Assembly (NCBI GenBank): GCA_963727625.1
Contig: CAVSHR010000004.1
Coordinates: 1,184,001-1,248,000, forward strand
Direction of reading: 5' to 3'
Source of the DNA: an uncultured delta proteobacterium
GTDB taxonomy: Bacteria > Desulfobacterota > Binatia > UBA9968
DNA: 64,000 bases
Each line of letters opens with the position of its first letter. Within the stretch, counting starts at the first letter, position 1. Below the pieces are notes generated by a model. It ran no database searches. It saw only the letters and a program-made list of their open reading frames with translations, and was not told the origin of the DNA. Positions 47,527 through 57,886 of this stretch are shown here, in pieces. A program made the position numbers and the translations under genes.

Positions 47527-49296
47527 TTACCGAGGTTCGGCGATCACGTCCACGAGATACGGCATCTGCTTCTCCTTGACAAATTTTACGCCGCGCTCGA
47601 TGGCTGGCTGCAAATCAGCCGGATTCACCACCGGTCCTTCGCCGTGGACGCCGAAGGACTTTGCCAGGGTGGCGAAGTCGATGGCCGGATCATCCACATG
47701 CGTGCCGATGCCGGCATTTTCTACCGGACGCTTGCGGAACTTAGCGACTTCAATGCCGTGTTCTTCGGAGTTGTAGTAGGACTGATTGTTGTGCATGACC
47801 ATCAAGAGCGGGATGCGATGCTTCGCCGCGGTCCACAGCGCGCTTGAAGTCATCAGCATATCGCCGTCGGACTGGATCGCCACCGCGAGCTGACCGTTGC
47901 CTTTGAGCGCCAGCGCCGCGCCGATCGACGCGCCCGGGCCGTAGCCAAGACCGGCGCCGCCGCTTCCGCCGAGAGACTGATTGGGCTTGGTGAAATCCCA
48001 TAGCCGGCGCGTCCAACCGTTGGAAGTGCCGTTGACCAGTACCCAGTCTTCCCGCTTGACCGCCTCACCCACTTCCAAGCCCAACCAAGCAGTGGAAATT
48101 TCTTTCTGCGAGCCCTTGGCCTCGGCGTCGGCGCGCCATTTGGCGCGGCGGTTCCGGCTCTTCTCGGTCAATTCTTTTTGGCGTGTTTCGATGGCCGCCT
48201 TTTTCTTGGCGTCATTGCCGACCAGCTCCCGGCACAGCCTGGTGAGTTCCGGCACGGCCACTGCCGTATCCGCGCTCATCGGCACATCGATCGGCTGCAG
48301 CGCCTGGTAGTCGTTGGCCCAAGAATGCACCAGCATGTCGTTCATCGAGATACTAGCGATCTTGACTGCGGGCGACGTAATGTATTCGCAGTTGCGCGTT
48401 TGCTTGCTCACCGTGGTCAGGGAGCCGAACAGATCGGCCACGTCGAGGGCCAAAATAAAATCGGCTTTCTGGAGCAGCTCGCGGGCGCCGTCCGTGGCGT
48501 CCAACGGATGATTCGATGGAAAATTGAAGCGGCCGCCCTTGTCTACCACCGGCACGGCTAACAGTTCGGCGAGTTGAATTAACGCCGGCACCGTTTTCGG
48601 ATTGCGTCCTAACGTGTCGGCGATGATCAGCGGATTCTGGGCGTTGACCAGCATCTCGGCGGCGCGGCGCAGTGACTCGGGGTTCGCTTGCATCGGCGCG
48701 GGCGCGGAATAACGATTCACATCCGGGATATCGAACGCGCTGGTGAGCGCGTCTTCCTGAATGTCCGCATCATAGTTGATGTAAACCGGGGCGGTTGGGT
48801 CGGTGGTCGCGATCCGGTAGCCGCGAATGAAGGAGTCCGGCACGTCGGCTAGGGAGTAGGGCTGATCGTCCCACTTGGTATAGTCGCGGACCTGGTTGCC
48901 CTGCACCAGCGCGGTGTGGATCCAGTCGATGCGCGGGCGGCGCCGTTTGGAATTCATCGGCCCGGTGCCGCCGAGCACCATCATCGGCACCCGGTCTATA
49001 TAGGCGTTGAAAATCGCCATGCTGGCGTGCTGCAAACCGACCATGTTGTGCACGATGGCGATCATCGGTTTATTTTTGGCCTTGGCGTAGCCGTGCGCCA
49101 CCGCGACCGAAATTTCCTCATGGTGGCAGAAGATCACCTCCGGCTTGTAATTGCCGCCGTAATTGACGATGGAATCGTGAATGCCGCGAAAAGTCGCGCC
49201 CGGGTTAAAAGCGGCATATTCGATATCGAATGCCTTCATTAAGTCGACGACAACGTCGGAGCCGTATTGCGGTTGTTTTTTTTCTACTCGGGACAC
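47527..49296 (-). CDS. Thiamine pyrophosphate-dependent enzyme (acetolactate synthase/decarboxylase-like)
   Basis: NPGATFRGIHDS, HEEISVAVAHGYAK, GLGYGPGASIGAAL, SDGDMLM..HNNQSY; GTG after GAGGGAGG. Confidence 0.9.
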   Translation of the reverse strand: MSRVEKKQPQYGSDVVVDLMKAFDIEYAAFNPGATFRGIHDSIVNYGGNYKPEVIFCHHEEISVAVAHGYAKAKNKPMIAIVHNMVGLQHASMAIFNAYIDRVPMMVLGGTGPMNSKRRRPRIDWIHTALVQGNQVRDYTKWDDQPYSLADVPDSFIRGYRIATTDPTAPVYINYDADIQEDALTSAFDIPDVNRYSAPAPMQANPESLRRAAEMLVNAQNPLIIADTLGRNPKTVPALIQLAELLAVPVVDKGGRFNFPSNHPLDATDGARELLQKADFILALDVADLFGSLTTVSKQTRNCEYITSPAVKIASISMNDMLVHSWANDYQALQPIDVPMSADTAVAVPELTRLCRELVGNDAKKKAAIETRQKELTEKSRNRRAKWRADAEAKGSQKEISTAWLGLEVGEAVKREDWVLVNGTSNGWTRRLWDFTKPNQSLGGSGGAGLGYGPGASIGAALALKGNGQLAVAIQSDGDMLMTSSALWTAAKHRIPLLMVMHNNQSYYNSEEHGIEVAKFRKRPVENAGIGTHVDDPAIDFATLAKSFGVHGEGPVVNPADLQPAIERGVKFVKEKQMPYLVDVIAEPR

Positions 49297-49368
49297 TGGT
49301 CTATATCCTCCCTCAAATTCGTGTTCTGCACTCCATACCAAGAATCCGGCCCTCTGGCTAGGGTTCGA

Positions 49369-50274
49369 TTAACAATTATCCACGGGTCGTATTTGCAGCA
49401 GTCCCTTGTGGTAAAACAATTCCAGCGTTTCCGGCAAATCCCCCTGACGCCCGCCGCTTGCCGAGGCTTGACCGGTTTCCAGAGCAGCGATCGCCTCCAG
49501 TACCTTTTGCACCGCCGGCGCCATGACCGACCGCATGCCATGGTGATTGAAAGTCCGCTTGAGCTCGTCCATCTCTTCGGCGCGCCGGCCGGCGTGAACG
49601 CGCAAACCGATGATCGAGGGCGCCACTTTGTCGAGCAGACCGGGAAAACTTTCCTCGTACTGGGCGCGCACCTCGTTGAGCAAACCGAAGCGCCGAGCAC
49701 CCATCAAGAGCTCGCAGAACAACCCCTGCAGCCCCTTGGTGAGTCCGGCGTAGACGACTTTGAAGGCCGACGCCTGGTTGGTGCGGGGACCGAGAATCTT
49801 GACCGGAATGTTGAACGACTCGAGAGCCTGGAGCCGGCTCGCCTCCGGACCGGAAACGTAGACGATGGTTCCTTTGCCCATCTTAGCCGCCGAGCCAATG
49901 ATGCAGCCGTCGATAAAATTGACCCCGGACGGATTCAACACTTCAGCGATGGCGTCCGCGGTCATCGGCGAAATGGCATTGGCGTCGAGAAACAAAAGAT
50001 CCTTGCGCCCGGCTTTTTTAACCGCCTTAGCGACGTTGGCCGCCACCCGCTTAGCCGCCGACGGCACGACGATGGAAACGATCAGCTCCGCGCTCCGGAC
50101 CAACTCAGCCATCGACGCCACCGAAGTGACGCCGGCGTTCGCGCCGCGCTTGCGGCTCACCTCGCCGCGGTCTTTATCATAAGTCAATACTTCCACGCCA
50201 TGGCTCTGTAACAGCTTGGCCCAGTGAAAGCCCATCTCGCCGACACTCATGATGCCGATTTTTTGCAATGACAC
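49369..50274 (-). CDS. NAD(P)-dependent oxidoreductase (6PGD/3-hydroxyisobutyrate dehydrogenase-like, DUF1932)
   Basis: IGIMSVGEMG, LDANAISP, DGCIIG, ASAFKVVYAGLTKG, HAGRRAEEM. Confidence 0.85.
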   Translation of the reverse strand: MSLQKIGIMSVGEMGFHWAKLLQSHGVEVLTYDKDRGEVSRKRGANAGVTSVASMAELVRSAELIVSIVVPSAAKRVAANVAKAVKKAGRKDLLFLDANAISPMTADAIAEVLNPSGVNFIDGCIIGSAAKMGKGTIVYVSGPEASRLQALESFNIPVKILGPRTNQASAFKVVYAGLTKGLQGLFCELLMGARRFGLLNEVRAQYEESFPGLLDKVAPSIIGLRVHAGRRAEEMDELKRTFNHHGMRSVMAPAVQKVLEAIAALETGQASASGGRQGDLPETLELFYHKGLLQIRPVDNC

Positions 50275-50506
50275 GATGATCTCCTTGACTGGATTATTGC
50301 CGGGGAAGGAAACTTCTCGACGCCGCGGCAACGCCTCCTCTATGACATAACCGTCCCGCTTTTTAAAGTAATCCTGCTTGGCCCTTCGGCACCGCCCAAA
50401 CAGAGCCGAGCTGGCAACGGCGGTAAAATCTGTTATTCCTGAAACGGTTTAGGCGGTGTCTTACAACAAATCTTCAAGTGGCTGGCCGGAAAGCAAGGAG
50501 CGATGC

Positions 50507-51862
50507 ATGGACGACGCGGTCAAAAGTGAAGTGGAAAAATTCATGCAGGGACTCATCCGGCGCAATCCCGGCGAGGTTGAATTCCATCAGGCAGTGCGCG
50601 AAGTGGGCGAGTCGCTCATGCCCTTCCTCCTCGATCATCGCAAATATTACGACGCGAACATTCTCGAGCGCATGACCGAGCCTGACCGCACCGTGATCTT
50701 TCGCGTAAGTTGGGAAGACGATCAAGGCAACATCCGCGCCAACCGGGCCTGGCGCGTGCAGTTTAACAACTCGATCGGCCCTTACAAAGGCGGCCTGCGC
50801 TTTCATCCGAGCGTCACTCAATCGGTACTTAAATTTCTCGGCTTCGAGCAGGTATTTAAGAACTCGCTCACCGGCTTGCCCATGGGCGGCGCCAAGGGCG
50901 GCTCGAACTTCAATCCCAAGGGCAAAAGCGACCGCGAAGTGATGCGCTTCTGCCAGTCGATGATGATCGAGCTGTTTCGCCATATCGGGGAGGATACCGA
51001 TGTGCCCGCCGGCGACATCGGCGTCGGCGCCCGCGAAATCGGTTTTTTGTTTGGCCAATTCAAACGGCTCGCCAACCGGGTCACCGGGACGCTGACCGGC
51101 AAAGGTCTCGCCTTCGGCGGCAGCCTGGTGCGCACCGAAGCGACCGGTTACGGCTGCGTTTATTTTTGCGAAAACATGCTGCAGCATCGCGGCGACACCA
51201 TCGCGGGCAAGATCTGCGCCATCTCCGGTTCCGGCAACGTCGCAATTTATTGCGCTGAAAAACTCATCCAGCTCGGCGCCAAGGTCGTAACCATGAGCGA
51301 TTCCAACGGGGCGATCTACGACAAGAAGGGGATCGACGCCGAAAAACTCGCTTTCATCAAAGATCTAAAAGAGGTACGGCGCGGCCGCATCACCGAATAC
51401 GCCGAGAAATTCAAAGCCGCCGAGTACCGCGAAGGCAAGCGGCCTTGGTCGGTAAAATGCCACGTGGCCTTTCCCTGCGCCACGCAAAACGAGGTCAGCA
51501 TGGAAGACGCACAGGCGCTGCTCGGTCACGGCGTTCTTGCGCTCTGCGAGGGCGCCAATATGCCTACCAATCTCGACGCCACGCGCTACTTACAGGCAAA
51601 CGGCGTGCTTTTCGCCCCCGGCAAGGCGGCCAACGCCGGCGGCGTCGCGGTTTCCGGTTTGGAGCAAAGCCAAAACGCCCTGCATCTCAGCTGGCCACGC
51701 GATGAAGTCGAAGAGCGGCTGCGGAAGATCATGAAGGAGATCCACGCCAAGTGTCTGCAATACGGCGGTTCGGCCAAAGGGCGGGTCGATTACATCAAGG
51801 GCGCCAACATCGGCGGCTTCGTCAAAGTCGCCGACGCCATGCTCGCCTACGGCATCGTCTGA
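50507..51862 (+). CDS. gdhA: NADP-specific glutamate dehydrogenase
   Basis: GPYKGGLRFHPSV, PMGGAKGG, DVPAGDIGVG, RTEATGYG, SGSGNVA, PGKAANAGGVAVS. Confidence 0.97.
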   Translation: MDDAVKSEVEKFMQGLIRRNPGEVEFHQAVREVGESLMPFLLDHRKYYDANILERMTEPDRTVIFRVSWEDDQGNIRANRAWRVQFNNSIGPYKGGLRFHPSVTQSVLKFLGFEQVFKNSLTGLPMGGAKGGSNFNPKGKSDREVMRFCQSMMIELFRHIGEDTDVPAGDIGVGAREIGFLFGQFKRLANRVTGTLTGKGLAFGGSLVRTEATGYGCVYFCENMLQHRGDTIAGKICAISGSGNVAIYCAEKLIQLGAKVVTMSDSNGAIYDKKGIDAEKLAFIKDLKEVRRGRITEYAEKFKAAEYREGKRPWSVKCHVAFPCATQNEVSMEDAQALLGHGVLALCEGANMPTNLDATRYLQANGVLFAPGKAANAGGVAVSGLEQSQNALHLSWPRDEVEERLRKIMKEIHAKCLQYGGSAKGRVDYIKGANIGGFVKVADAMLAYGIV

Positions 51863-52175
51863 GCGGTGTCCGACGCGCTGCGTATCATCCGCGACTCACG
51901 AGGCATAATGAAAATGTTGCCAACGATCCGGATGAAGAATATACCTAGGGTTCTAAACATCGGCGTTCATGACGCGAATGCGCAGCTCCGCAACCGGGAA
52001 ATTTAAACAAACTTTAGGAACCTGAGCTTTGCTCACCAATAGCCGCTGGAAATCGCCTTGAATTTTGAGGAAAAGCACGCGACTTAACCCTATCAGGCGC
52101 GTCCAAATTGAGGGCTGCGCGCATCGGGATCAGCGCGGCCGCCAGTGCGCCGGCGGCGCTTCCTGCACTCCCCCC

Positions 52176-52607
52176 CTAAGCTTTTTCCGGCCCGGACGGA
52201 ACGACAAGAATCGGACAGGGCGAGCCGCGTAGAACTTTATCGGTCACACTGCCGATCAGCATGCGGGAAAGACCGGTGCGTCCATGGCTGGACATGACGA
52301 TCAGATCGATTTGCTCATTGTCCGCGCATCCGACGATTGCGCCGTAGGGCTGGCCGGCATCGACCAGTTGGCGAATTTTCAAATCGCTGGCGAGATCGGC
52401 GATGGTCTTGGCAACGAATTCGGCGAGCCGTTGTTTGTGCTGTTCCATCTCCTGTTTACTGATGCGGTTGGTTTCATCGAGCATCACGACATTGAGGATG
52501 ACAACCTCGGCTCCTACCTCCTTGGCGGTTTGGCAGGCGTAACGCACGCCCTTGGCCGAGAGCTCGGAAAAATCCGTCGGCGCGAGAATCTTTTTTATGA
52601 TCGGCAT
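52176..52607 (-). CDS. Universal stress protein
   Basis: KKILAPTDFSELS, DLIVMSSHGRTGLSRMLIGSVTDKVLR. Confidence 0.93.
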   Translation of the reverse strand: MPIIKKILAPTDFSELSAKGVRYACQTAKEVGAEVVILNVVMLDETNRISKQEMEQHKQRLAEFVAKTIADLASDLKIRQLVDAGQPYGAIVGCADNEQIDLIVMSSHGRTGLSRMLIGSVTDKVLRGSPCPILVVPSGPEKA

Positions 52608-52763
52608 AACCCACACTCCTTTTGAGGTAACTCTCAGGTAATTCGACGCAGGCTATAAAACGCCCGCCCAATTCCCAAAGACAGTAACTCCAAATGCGCC
52701 TTAATCTCAATCGAAATATTTACCTGGATAGGGCTCCGGCGGCTTGCCTGATGCGCACTCGTG

Positions 52764-53561
52764 TCAAGCCAATCCGAACAGCCGTTTGGCGTTGAGCGCA
52801 AGAATATTTTCCTTGTCAACGTCATTAATCTTCGCCGCCTGGATTTCCTCCAGCGTCGCGCAGCGCTCATAGCTCGCTGGCTGCGAGTAGAACAGGCTGC
52901 CGAAGATCAGCCGGTGGGAGCCCACCGCTTCAACGAACTGGCGCACGAAGGCCGAGCCGCGCACATGGGCGGTGTCGAAGATGATATTTGGCGTGCGCTT
53001 GGCGATGTCGAGAGCCAGCTGGCTATTGGTGTTGGTCGTCAGCGCGTCCATCGCCACCAGCGTGAGCTCGGGAAATTCCAGCGCGAGCCGTTCCAAGCGC
53101 CACACCGCTTCGAGGTTCGACTCGGCATTGGTGTGGATCAGCGGCACGAGGCCGAGTTCGCTGACTTTCTTGAGCAGCGGCCGCATCAGCGGGTGGTCGA
53201 CGGCCAATCCCTGAAACCGGTTGTGCCAAACTACTCCGTCAAATCCCAAGTCAAATTTTATCCTTTCCAGCTCGCCCAGCGAGCGCGAGCCGTGGAGCGG
53301 CTCGACGATGCCGCAAGCCACCGGAAAGCGCCTGGGATTAAGCCTGCGATAGGCAGCTACGCTATCGTTGCAGCGCATCGTGTCCTTGATACCGTCCGCC
53401 TGAATGTATCCCGTGGCGGCGAGAATTGCCGCCAGAGCCACGCCGTTGGCGTCCATGATGCGCACCCGGTTGGCGTAATCGCGCTCCTGCCAGCGTTCGC
53501 CTCCCTGCAGGCTGCCGCCGCTCAGGGCACCGAGATGATGATGGATATCGAAGATTTCCAT
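52764..53561 (-). CDS. Amidohydrolase_2 family protein (divergent metal site)
   Basis: IFDIHHH, LIHT, IIFDTA, RLIFGS, KENILALNAKRLF; GGAGG RBS. Confidence 0.82.
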   Translation of the reverse strand: MEIFDIHHHLGALSGGSLQGGERWQERDYANRVRIMDANGVALAAILAATGYIQADGIKDTMRCNDSVAAYRRLNPRRFPVACGIVEPLHGSRSLGELERIKFDLGFDGVVWHNRFQGLAVDHPLMRPLLKKVSELGLVPLIHTNAESNLEAVWRLERLALEFPELTLVAMDALTTNTNSQLALDIAKRTPNIIFDTAHVRGSAFVRQFVEAVGSHRLIFGSLFYSQPASYERCATLEEIQAAKINDVDKENILALNAKRLFGLA

Positions 53562-53804
53562 GGCTCCTCCTGAAAACTTTCAGCCGTTCATAAGCGGCCT
53601 TGCGAGCCCGAATCAAGCAGCCTGCACAGCGTTCGGCAAGGCAAACTTACCGGATTGAGTTCGGGCGAACGACTCCCAATGAACGCCACAGAAAAACATT
53701 ACGCGTTTAGACTCACCTAAGATCGGTTTGGTCGATGCACACACCGGCGGCGTGCACTTTCGGTCCAGCGGGTTGGCATTACCTCGGCGCTGCGCGCAAT
53801 GCGC

Positions 53805-53933
53805 TCAGGCCGTTTTTGCTTGGGGCGGCGGCGTCCGTTTGCCGATCTGCTCGCCCCGGGGCAGCTGCTGATACTTTAAAGTGACGCGCTGGTCCATCGC
53901 CGCATAGGTCTTCGCCCAATCATTCCGGCTCAT
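53805..53933 (-). CDS. Putative 42-aa small protein (below ORF-track cutoff)
   Basis: AAGGAG 9 nt before ATG; MSRNDWAKTYAAMDQRVTLKYQQLPRGEQIGKRTPPPQAKTA. Confidence 0.45.
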   Translation of the reverse strand: MSRNDWAKTYAAMDQRVTLKYQQLPRGEQIGKRTPPPQAKTA

Positions 53934-53969
53934 CGGTGAATCTCCTTTTTTACTATGAAAACAATCATT

Positions 53970-54731
53970 TCAAATTGCCGGCGCGTAATTCCCGCTCAGC
54001 AACGTACCGCCGCCGGGGACCTGATTCTCTATTTTTAGCATTCGATAGGTCAGCCACATCTCCGCCGCCAGCGCCCAGATGACTTTGATCTTCAAGTCGC
54101 GCTCCAGATAATCGATCGCCGGCGCGGCGTCCCAGCCGCCACCGTTAATGTAAACCGCTTGCACCGAAGGCAGCTTTGACAGGCCGTTTTTGCAATGGCG
54201 ATAAACGTCCATATGCGAAACTTCATCCAACGCGGCAAGCGAAGTCGTATACAGCCCGGAGTTCTGCCCAGTCATGCTCAAGCCCGACATCAGCTCCGAT
54301 TCGATGCCGAAGCGGGAGAAATATTCGACGATCGCTTGATTGAGCTCGCGGCCGTAGTAAGTCGCCACTGCCACTTTTTTAACCCCGAGCGCCTGCAGCG
54401 CCATGGCGTGCGGCTCCATCGGCGTCACCACGGGCAGGCCGATTTTCTCCGAGAGCTCGGCCGCCCACTGCCGCTCGAAATCGAGACCCTTGAGTAGAAA
54501 CGGCGGCGTGCCGCTGACCGAAATAATATCGCAGCCGACCTCTTTCAGTTGAACGGCCAGCTCTTCGGCTTTCTTGAAGCCTTCGAGAAAACTCTCGCGC
54601 CGTTCGCTGCGAAAACCGATGAAGGTCGGCACGATCTCGACCCCCTCCGGCGCGTGTTTATACCAGTAGGCAAATGACTTGCCGCGATGGGTCGGCTTGA
54701 TCAAACCAATGCGCGCGCGCCACGCAACCAT
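53970..54731 (-). CDS. Asp/Glu racemase / maleate isomerase / arylmalonate decarboxylase superfamily protein
   Basis: WRARIGLIKP, GLPVVT, ALGVKKVAVATYY, IDYLERDL. Confidence 0.82.
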   Translation of the reverse strand: MVAWRARIGLIKPTHRGKSFAYWYKHAPEGVEIVPTFIGFRSERRESFLEGFKKAEELAVQLKEVGCDIISVSGTPPFLLKGLDFERQWAAELSEKIGLPVVTPMEPHAMALQALGVKKVAVATYYGRELNQAIVEYFSRFGIESELMSGLSMTGQNSGLYTTSLAALDEVSHMDVYRHCKNGLSKLPSVQAVYINGGGWDAAPAIDYLERDLKIKVIWALAAEMWLTYRMLKIENQVPGGGTLLSGNYAPAI

Positions 54732-54777
54732 TCAACGATCCTCCGTATTCGTGATTGATTCGCTTCACTGATCGATC

Positions 54778-55509
54778 CTAAAACAAGAGCTCGAAGACGG
54801 CTAGCAAATAAATTCCGGCCAGTTGTTTAATTTCGGCCGCTTTAAGACATGCCTCATACATCTTTTTGTAACGATTGCGCAATTTGCTCAACTCCGCATC
54901 GGGCGCCAAACACTTGGATGGCGGAAACGACGGACCCGCTAGATCGCGATCATTCGCGCCATCTGTGACTTTGGCCAGGCCATGTTCAAACAGCGGCAAC
55001 GCGTCGGCGTGACGGCCGGTCTCGTGATAGGTCGCCGCCAGCGGCAGATTGGTGAAATACTGATCGGGTTGTAACTGTAAAGCCAGCTTCTGAACAAACT
55101 CCGCTTCTTTATAGCTCCCTGCTGTTTGCAGACGAAAACCGAAAGCTGAGAACAAGCAAGCGATCTCCGCCACCGCCGCCTCCGGCTCGAGCTTAGCGAA
55201 TTCGGGATATTGCTTGCGCTGATAACCGGAATCTTCCGAAACCGAGACAAAACGCATGAGGTCTTCCTTGCTTTCGAATCGCGAAACCAATTCGGCGATA
55301 AGACTCAGCGGCAGCTTTTTCCAATGCGCCCGGGTTGCGAGCAGCCGCAAAAGCGCTTCGCGCTCGTTGAGACCGGCCTTTTCCAGCGCGCGGTAGCGGC
55401 GCAACATCGCGGTCACCCGCGCCTTGGGCGTACCGACCCGTCGCGTCGATAATCGATAGAAGGTCACGGCCGCAAACAAACACAAAAGCCAGAAAAACAA
55501 ATTATCCAT
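54778..55509 (-). CDS. Hypothetical membrane-anchored TPR-containing protein
   Basis: N-terminal TM; TPR-like ALQLQPDQYFTNLPLAATYHETGRHADALPLFEHGL. Confidence 0.65.
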   Translation of the reverse strand: MDNLFFWLLCLFAAVTFYRLSTRRVGTPKARVTAMLRRYRALEKAGLNEREALLRLLATRAHWKKLPLSLIAELVSRFESKEDLMRFVSVSEDSGYQRKQYPEFAKLEPEAAVAEIACLFSAFGFRLQTAGSYKEAEFVQKLALQLQPDQYFTNLPLAATYHETGRHADALPLFEHGLAKVTDGANDRDLAGPSFPPSKCLAPDAELSKLRNRYKKMYEACLKAAEIKQLAGIYLLAVFELLF

Positions 55510-55894
55510 CCGAACCCGCCTGTTTCATGAAAAACACGCAACCCTTTTAGGGTCAAGTCATGGTGGCGGCAGTCAGCCTGGCACAGCGGACTAGCCGTTT
55601 CTAATCGCTCGAGGGCGCAAACCAAAACGCCTCCTGCTCGGCACAAAGAGTTTCACGACAGCTAGAATTGTCGGTCCGTTCACCGGCGGTATTTAAAACT
55701 TGCAGTTTACAAGGGTACCAGGCTTTACACCGCAATAGAATGACCGAATCCGCCATACTTTGTACAATATTGTTATTTATTGACTAGGGATGATTCCCAA
55801 GAATTCGCTCAAAACCCGGCCGGCGGCCGCTTTCAATGATACAACTCCCTGTCCAAGCTATACTTATCCGCTCTTGACGGATCCGAGAAGTTCT

Positions 55895-55910
55895 AGGCAT
55901 TGGACTTGCT
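55895..55910 (+). promoter_or_regulatory. Putative sigma54 promoter
   Basis: AGGCAT-TGGAC-TTGCT (GG-N10-GC) upstream of the 56070 ORF in an AT-rich region. Confidence 0.5.
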
Positions 55911-56069
55911 TATGGTTGAGTCAGTGGCGCCATTTACCGTGAAACACACTCTCGAACAGGGCGTCAAGCATGGGAAATTGAGCGTCGGAATCGTGATGCG
56001 ATCATTCCTTTCGTCGAGTGCCGTTGAGTAGGACAGCAGGAATTTGAAAAATTAAAGGAGCTTAGAGCG

Positions 56070-56345
56070 ATGATTGAACCCGACCAGTTGACCGATCCTG
56101 AACGAAAATTGTGGGCCCACGTGCTGCTGCAAGCGCTAGCGGATCTTGGCAATCACGATCCCATCGCGCGACCTGCGCGGCATTGGTTTACTTCTAGGGA
56201 TGATTCCATCGGAAGCTTTATTTGGATCTGCCATCATTTGTCGATGGATCCGGCTGCCGTGCGCCAACGCGTTCTGAGAGATGCGAATCAAAAGATTCGC
56301 GAATCGATTGCTGCCCGGGCCCAAGCGACCAATCGCGCCGCGTAA
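56070..56345 (+). CDS. Small hypothetical protein
   Basis: AAGGAG RBS; PERKLWAHVLLQALAD..WF..SFIWICHHLSMDP..VR. Confidence 0.7.
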   Translation: MIEPDQLTDPERKLWAHVLLQALADLGNHDPIARPARHWFTSRDDSIGSFIWICHHLSMDPAAVRQRVLRDANQKIRESIAARAQATNRAA

Positions 56346-56759
56346 GCAAAAGATTGCTTCACAGCCGAGTCGCACAGGCTTTGGAGGCTTTCACCGGTGG
56401 CCGATGTCTCCGGCTTCAGCGAGCACGATAGGGTGTCCAACCTTATCGCGAATCGTTGAGTCAACCGAACGACTCTTGGCTTCACCACGCTAGGTAAATA
56501 AGTTAGTCGGCCACTTGCGTAGATTGCGCCCGCGGCGCCATGCTCTTCATTTATCAAATTTCATGTCCCGAGCGAACCGAATCCTGGGCGCGAAAATTTC
56601 GCTTATTCGCGCTCAGCCTCAAATTCCACAACGGTCGAGATCGGGGCAAACTTGATTTCTAGATCCCGCTAGGATTGTCAAAACAACTCCATTGCGCTAA
56701 CTCGGATTGGCAATGTATCTCAGCGGATTCGGCGTTTCATATGCACCCGAGGGGAACCT

Positions 56760-57833
56760 ATGAGCCAGGATTTCGTCACCAATCACGAAATCATAATGGC
56801 GGCGCGGCGCAATCTTACGGACAATGTGTGGCACTACTTAACCGGCGGCGCCGAGTCCGAAACCACCATGCGGCGCAACCGCTTCGGCTTGGATAGCCTC
56901 GCCTTTCGTCCACGCGTGCTGGTCGACGTGTTCAAGATCGACACCGGCGCGACATTTCTCGGACAGAAACTTAAGATCCCCGTCATGCTCGCGCCAATCG
57001 GTTCTCTGCAATCGATCACGCCCGCCGGAGGCGTCGCCGTCGCCAAGGCCGCCGAAGAATTCGGCACGGTGAATTTCGTTAGCTCGGTGACTCAACCGAG
57101 TCTCGAAGAGATCGCCTGGGCCAGCCGTAACCCAAAAATTTTTCAGCTCTACGTGCAGGGAGACCTAAAGTGGGTCGAAAATGTTCTGACGCGCGTCAAG
57201 CAGTCCGGCTACGCGGCTCTCTGTTTGACCGTCGATACGGCGCGCTATGGCCATCGCGAGCGGCAGATGATGGACCGCTGGCTGCCGCCCAGCCGGCGCG
57301 GTGCCGGCTACGAATATCGCGCCGGCCTCACCTGGGAAATCATGGACGCAATCAAGGCGCTGGCTGGGCTGCCTTTCGTTCTCAAAGGCGTGGCCACGGC
57401 TGAAGACGCGGCCCTAGCCGTCGAGCATGGCGTCGCCGCGGTCTATATTTCCAATCATGGCGGGCGCCAGCTCGATTTTGGCCGGGCAACTATAGCGATG
57501 CTCCCGGAGATCGTCGCCGCCGTCGGCGGCAAGGCCGAGATCGTACTCGACGGCGGCATCGTGCGCGGCACCGACGTGCTCAAGGCGATTGCGCTCGGCG
57601 CGCGCGCCGTGGCCATCGGCAAGCTCCAGGGCTGGGGACTCGCAGCGGCCGGTCAAACCGGCTTGGTGCGGGTTTTGGAAATACTCGAAGGCGAGATTGT
57701 AACCGCCATGGGTTTGCTCGGCGTCACGCGGCTTGACCAATTGACGTCGGCCTATCTGTGCAACGTGCAACCTCTAGCTCCGACCCATGAAATGAGCGCC
57801 TTCCCGCATGTGCCCGGCGGCCGCCTGCTATAG
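56760..57833 (+). CDS. FMN-dependent alpha-hydroxy-acid oxidase/dehydrogenase
   Basis: RPRVLVD, FQLY, LTVD, LKGV, SNHGGRQLD, DGGIVRGTDVLKAIALGA. Confidence 0.93.
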   Translation: MSQDFVTNHEIIMAARRNLTDNVWHYLTGGAESETTMRRNRFGLDSLAFRPRVLVDVFKIDTGATFLGQKLKIPVMLAPIGSLQSITPAGGVAVAKAAEEFGTVNFVSSVTQPSLEEIAWASRNPKIFQLYVQGDLKWVENVLTRVKQSGYAALCLTVDTARYGHRERQMMDRWLPPSRRGAGYEYRAGLTWEIMDAIKALAGLPFVLKGVATAEDAALAVEHGVAAVYISNHGGRQLDFGRATIAMLPEIVAAVGGKAEIVLDGGIVRGTDVLKAIALGARAVAIGKLQGWGLAAAGQTGLVRVLEILEGEIVTAMGLLGVTRLDQLTSAYLCNVQPLAPTHEMSAFPHVPGGRLL

Positions 57834-57886
57834 AGCCAGACGAACAGCCGAAGTTTGCTCAGCGCCCGGCGACAAAGTCTAGACCG

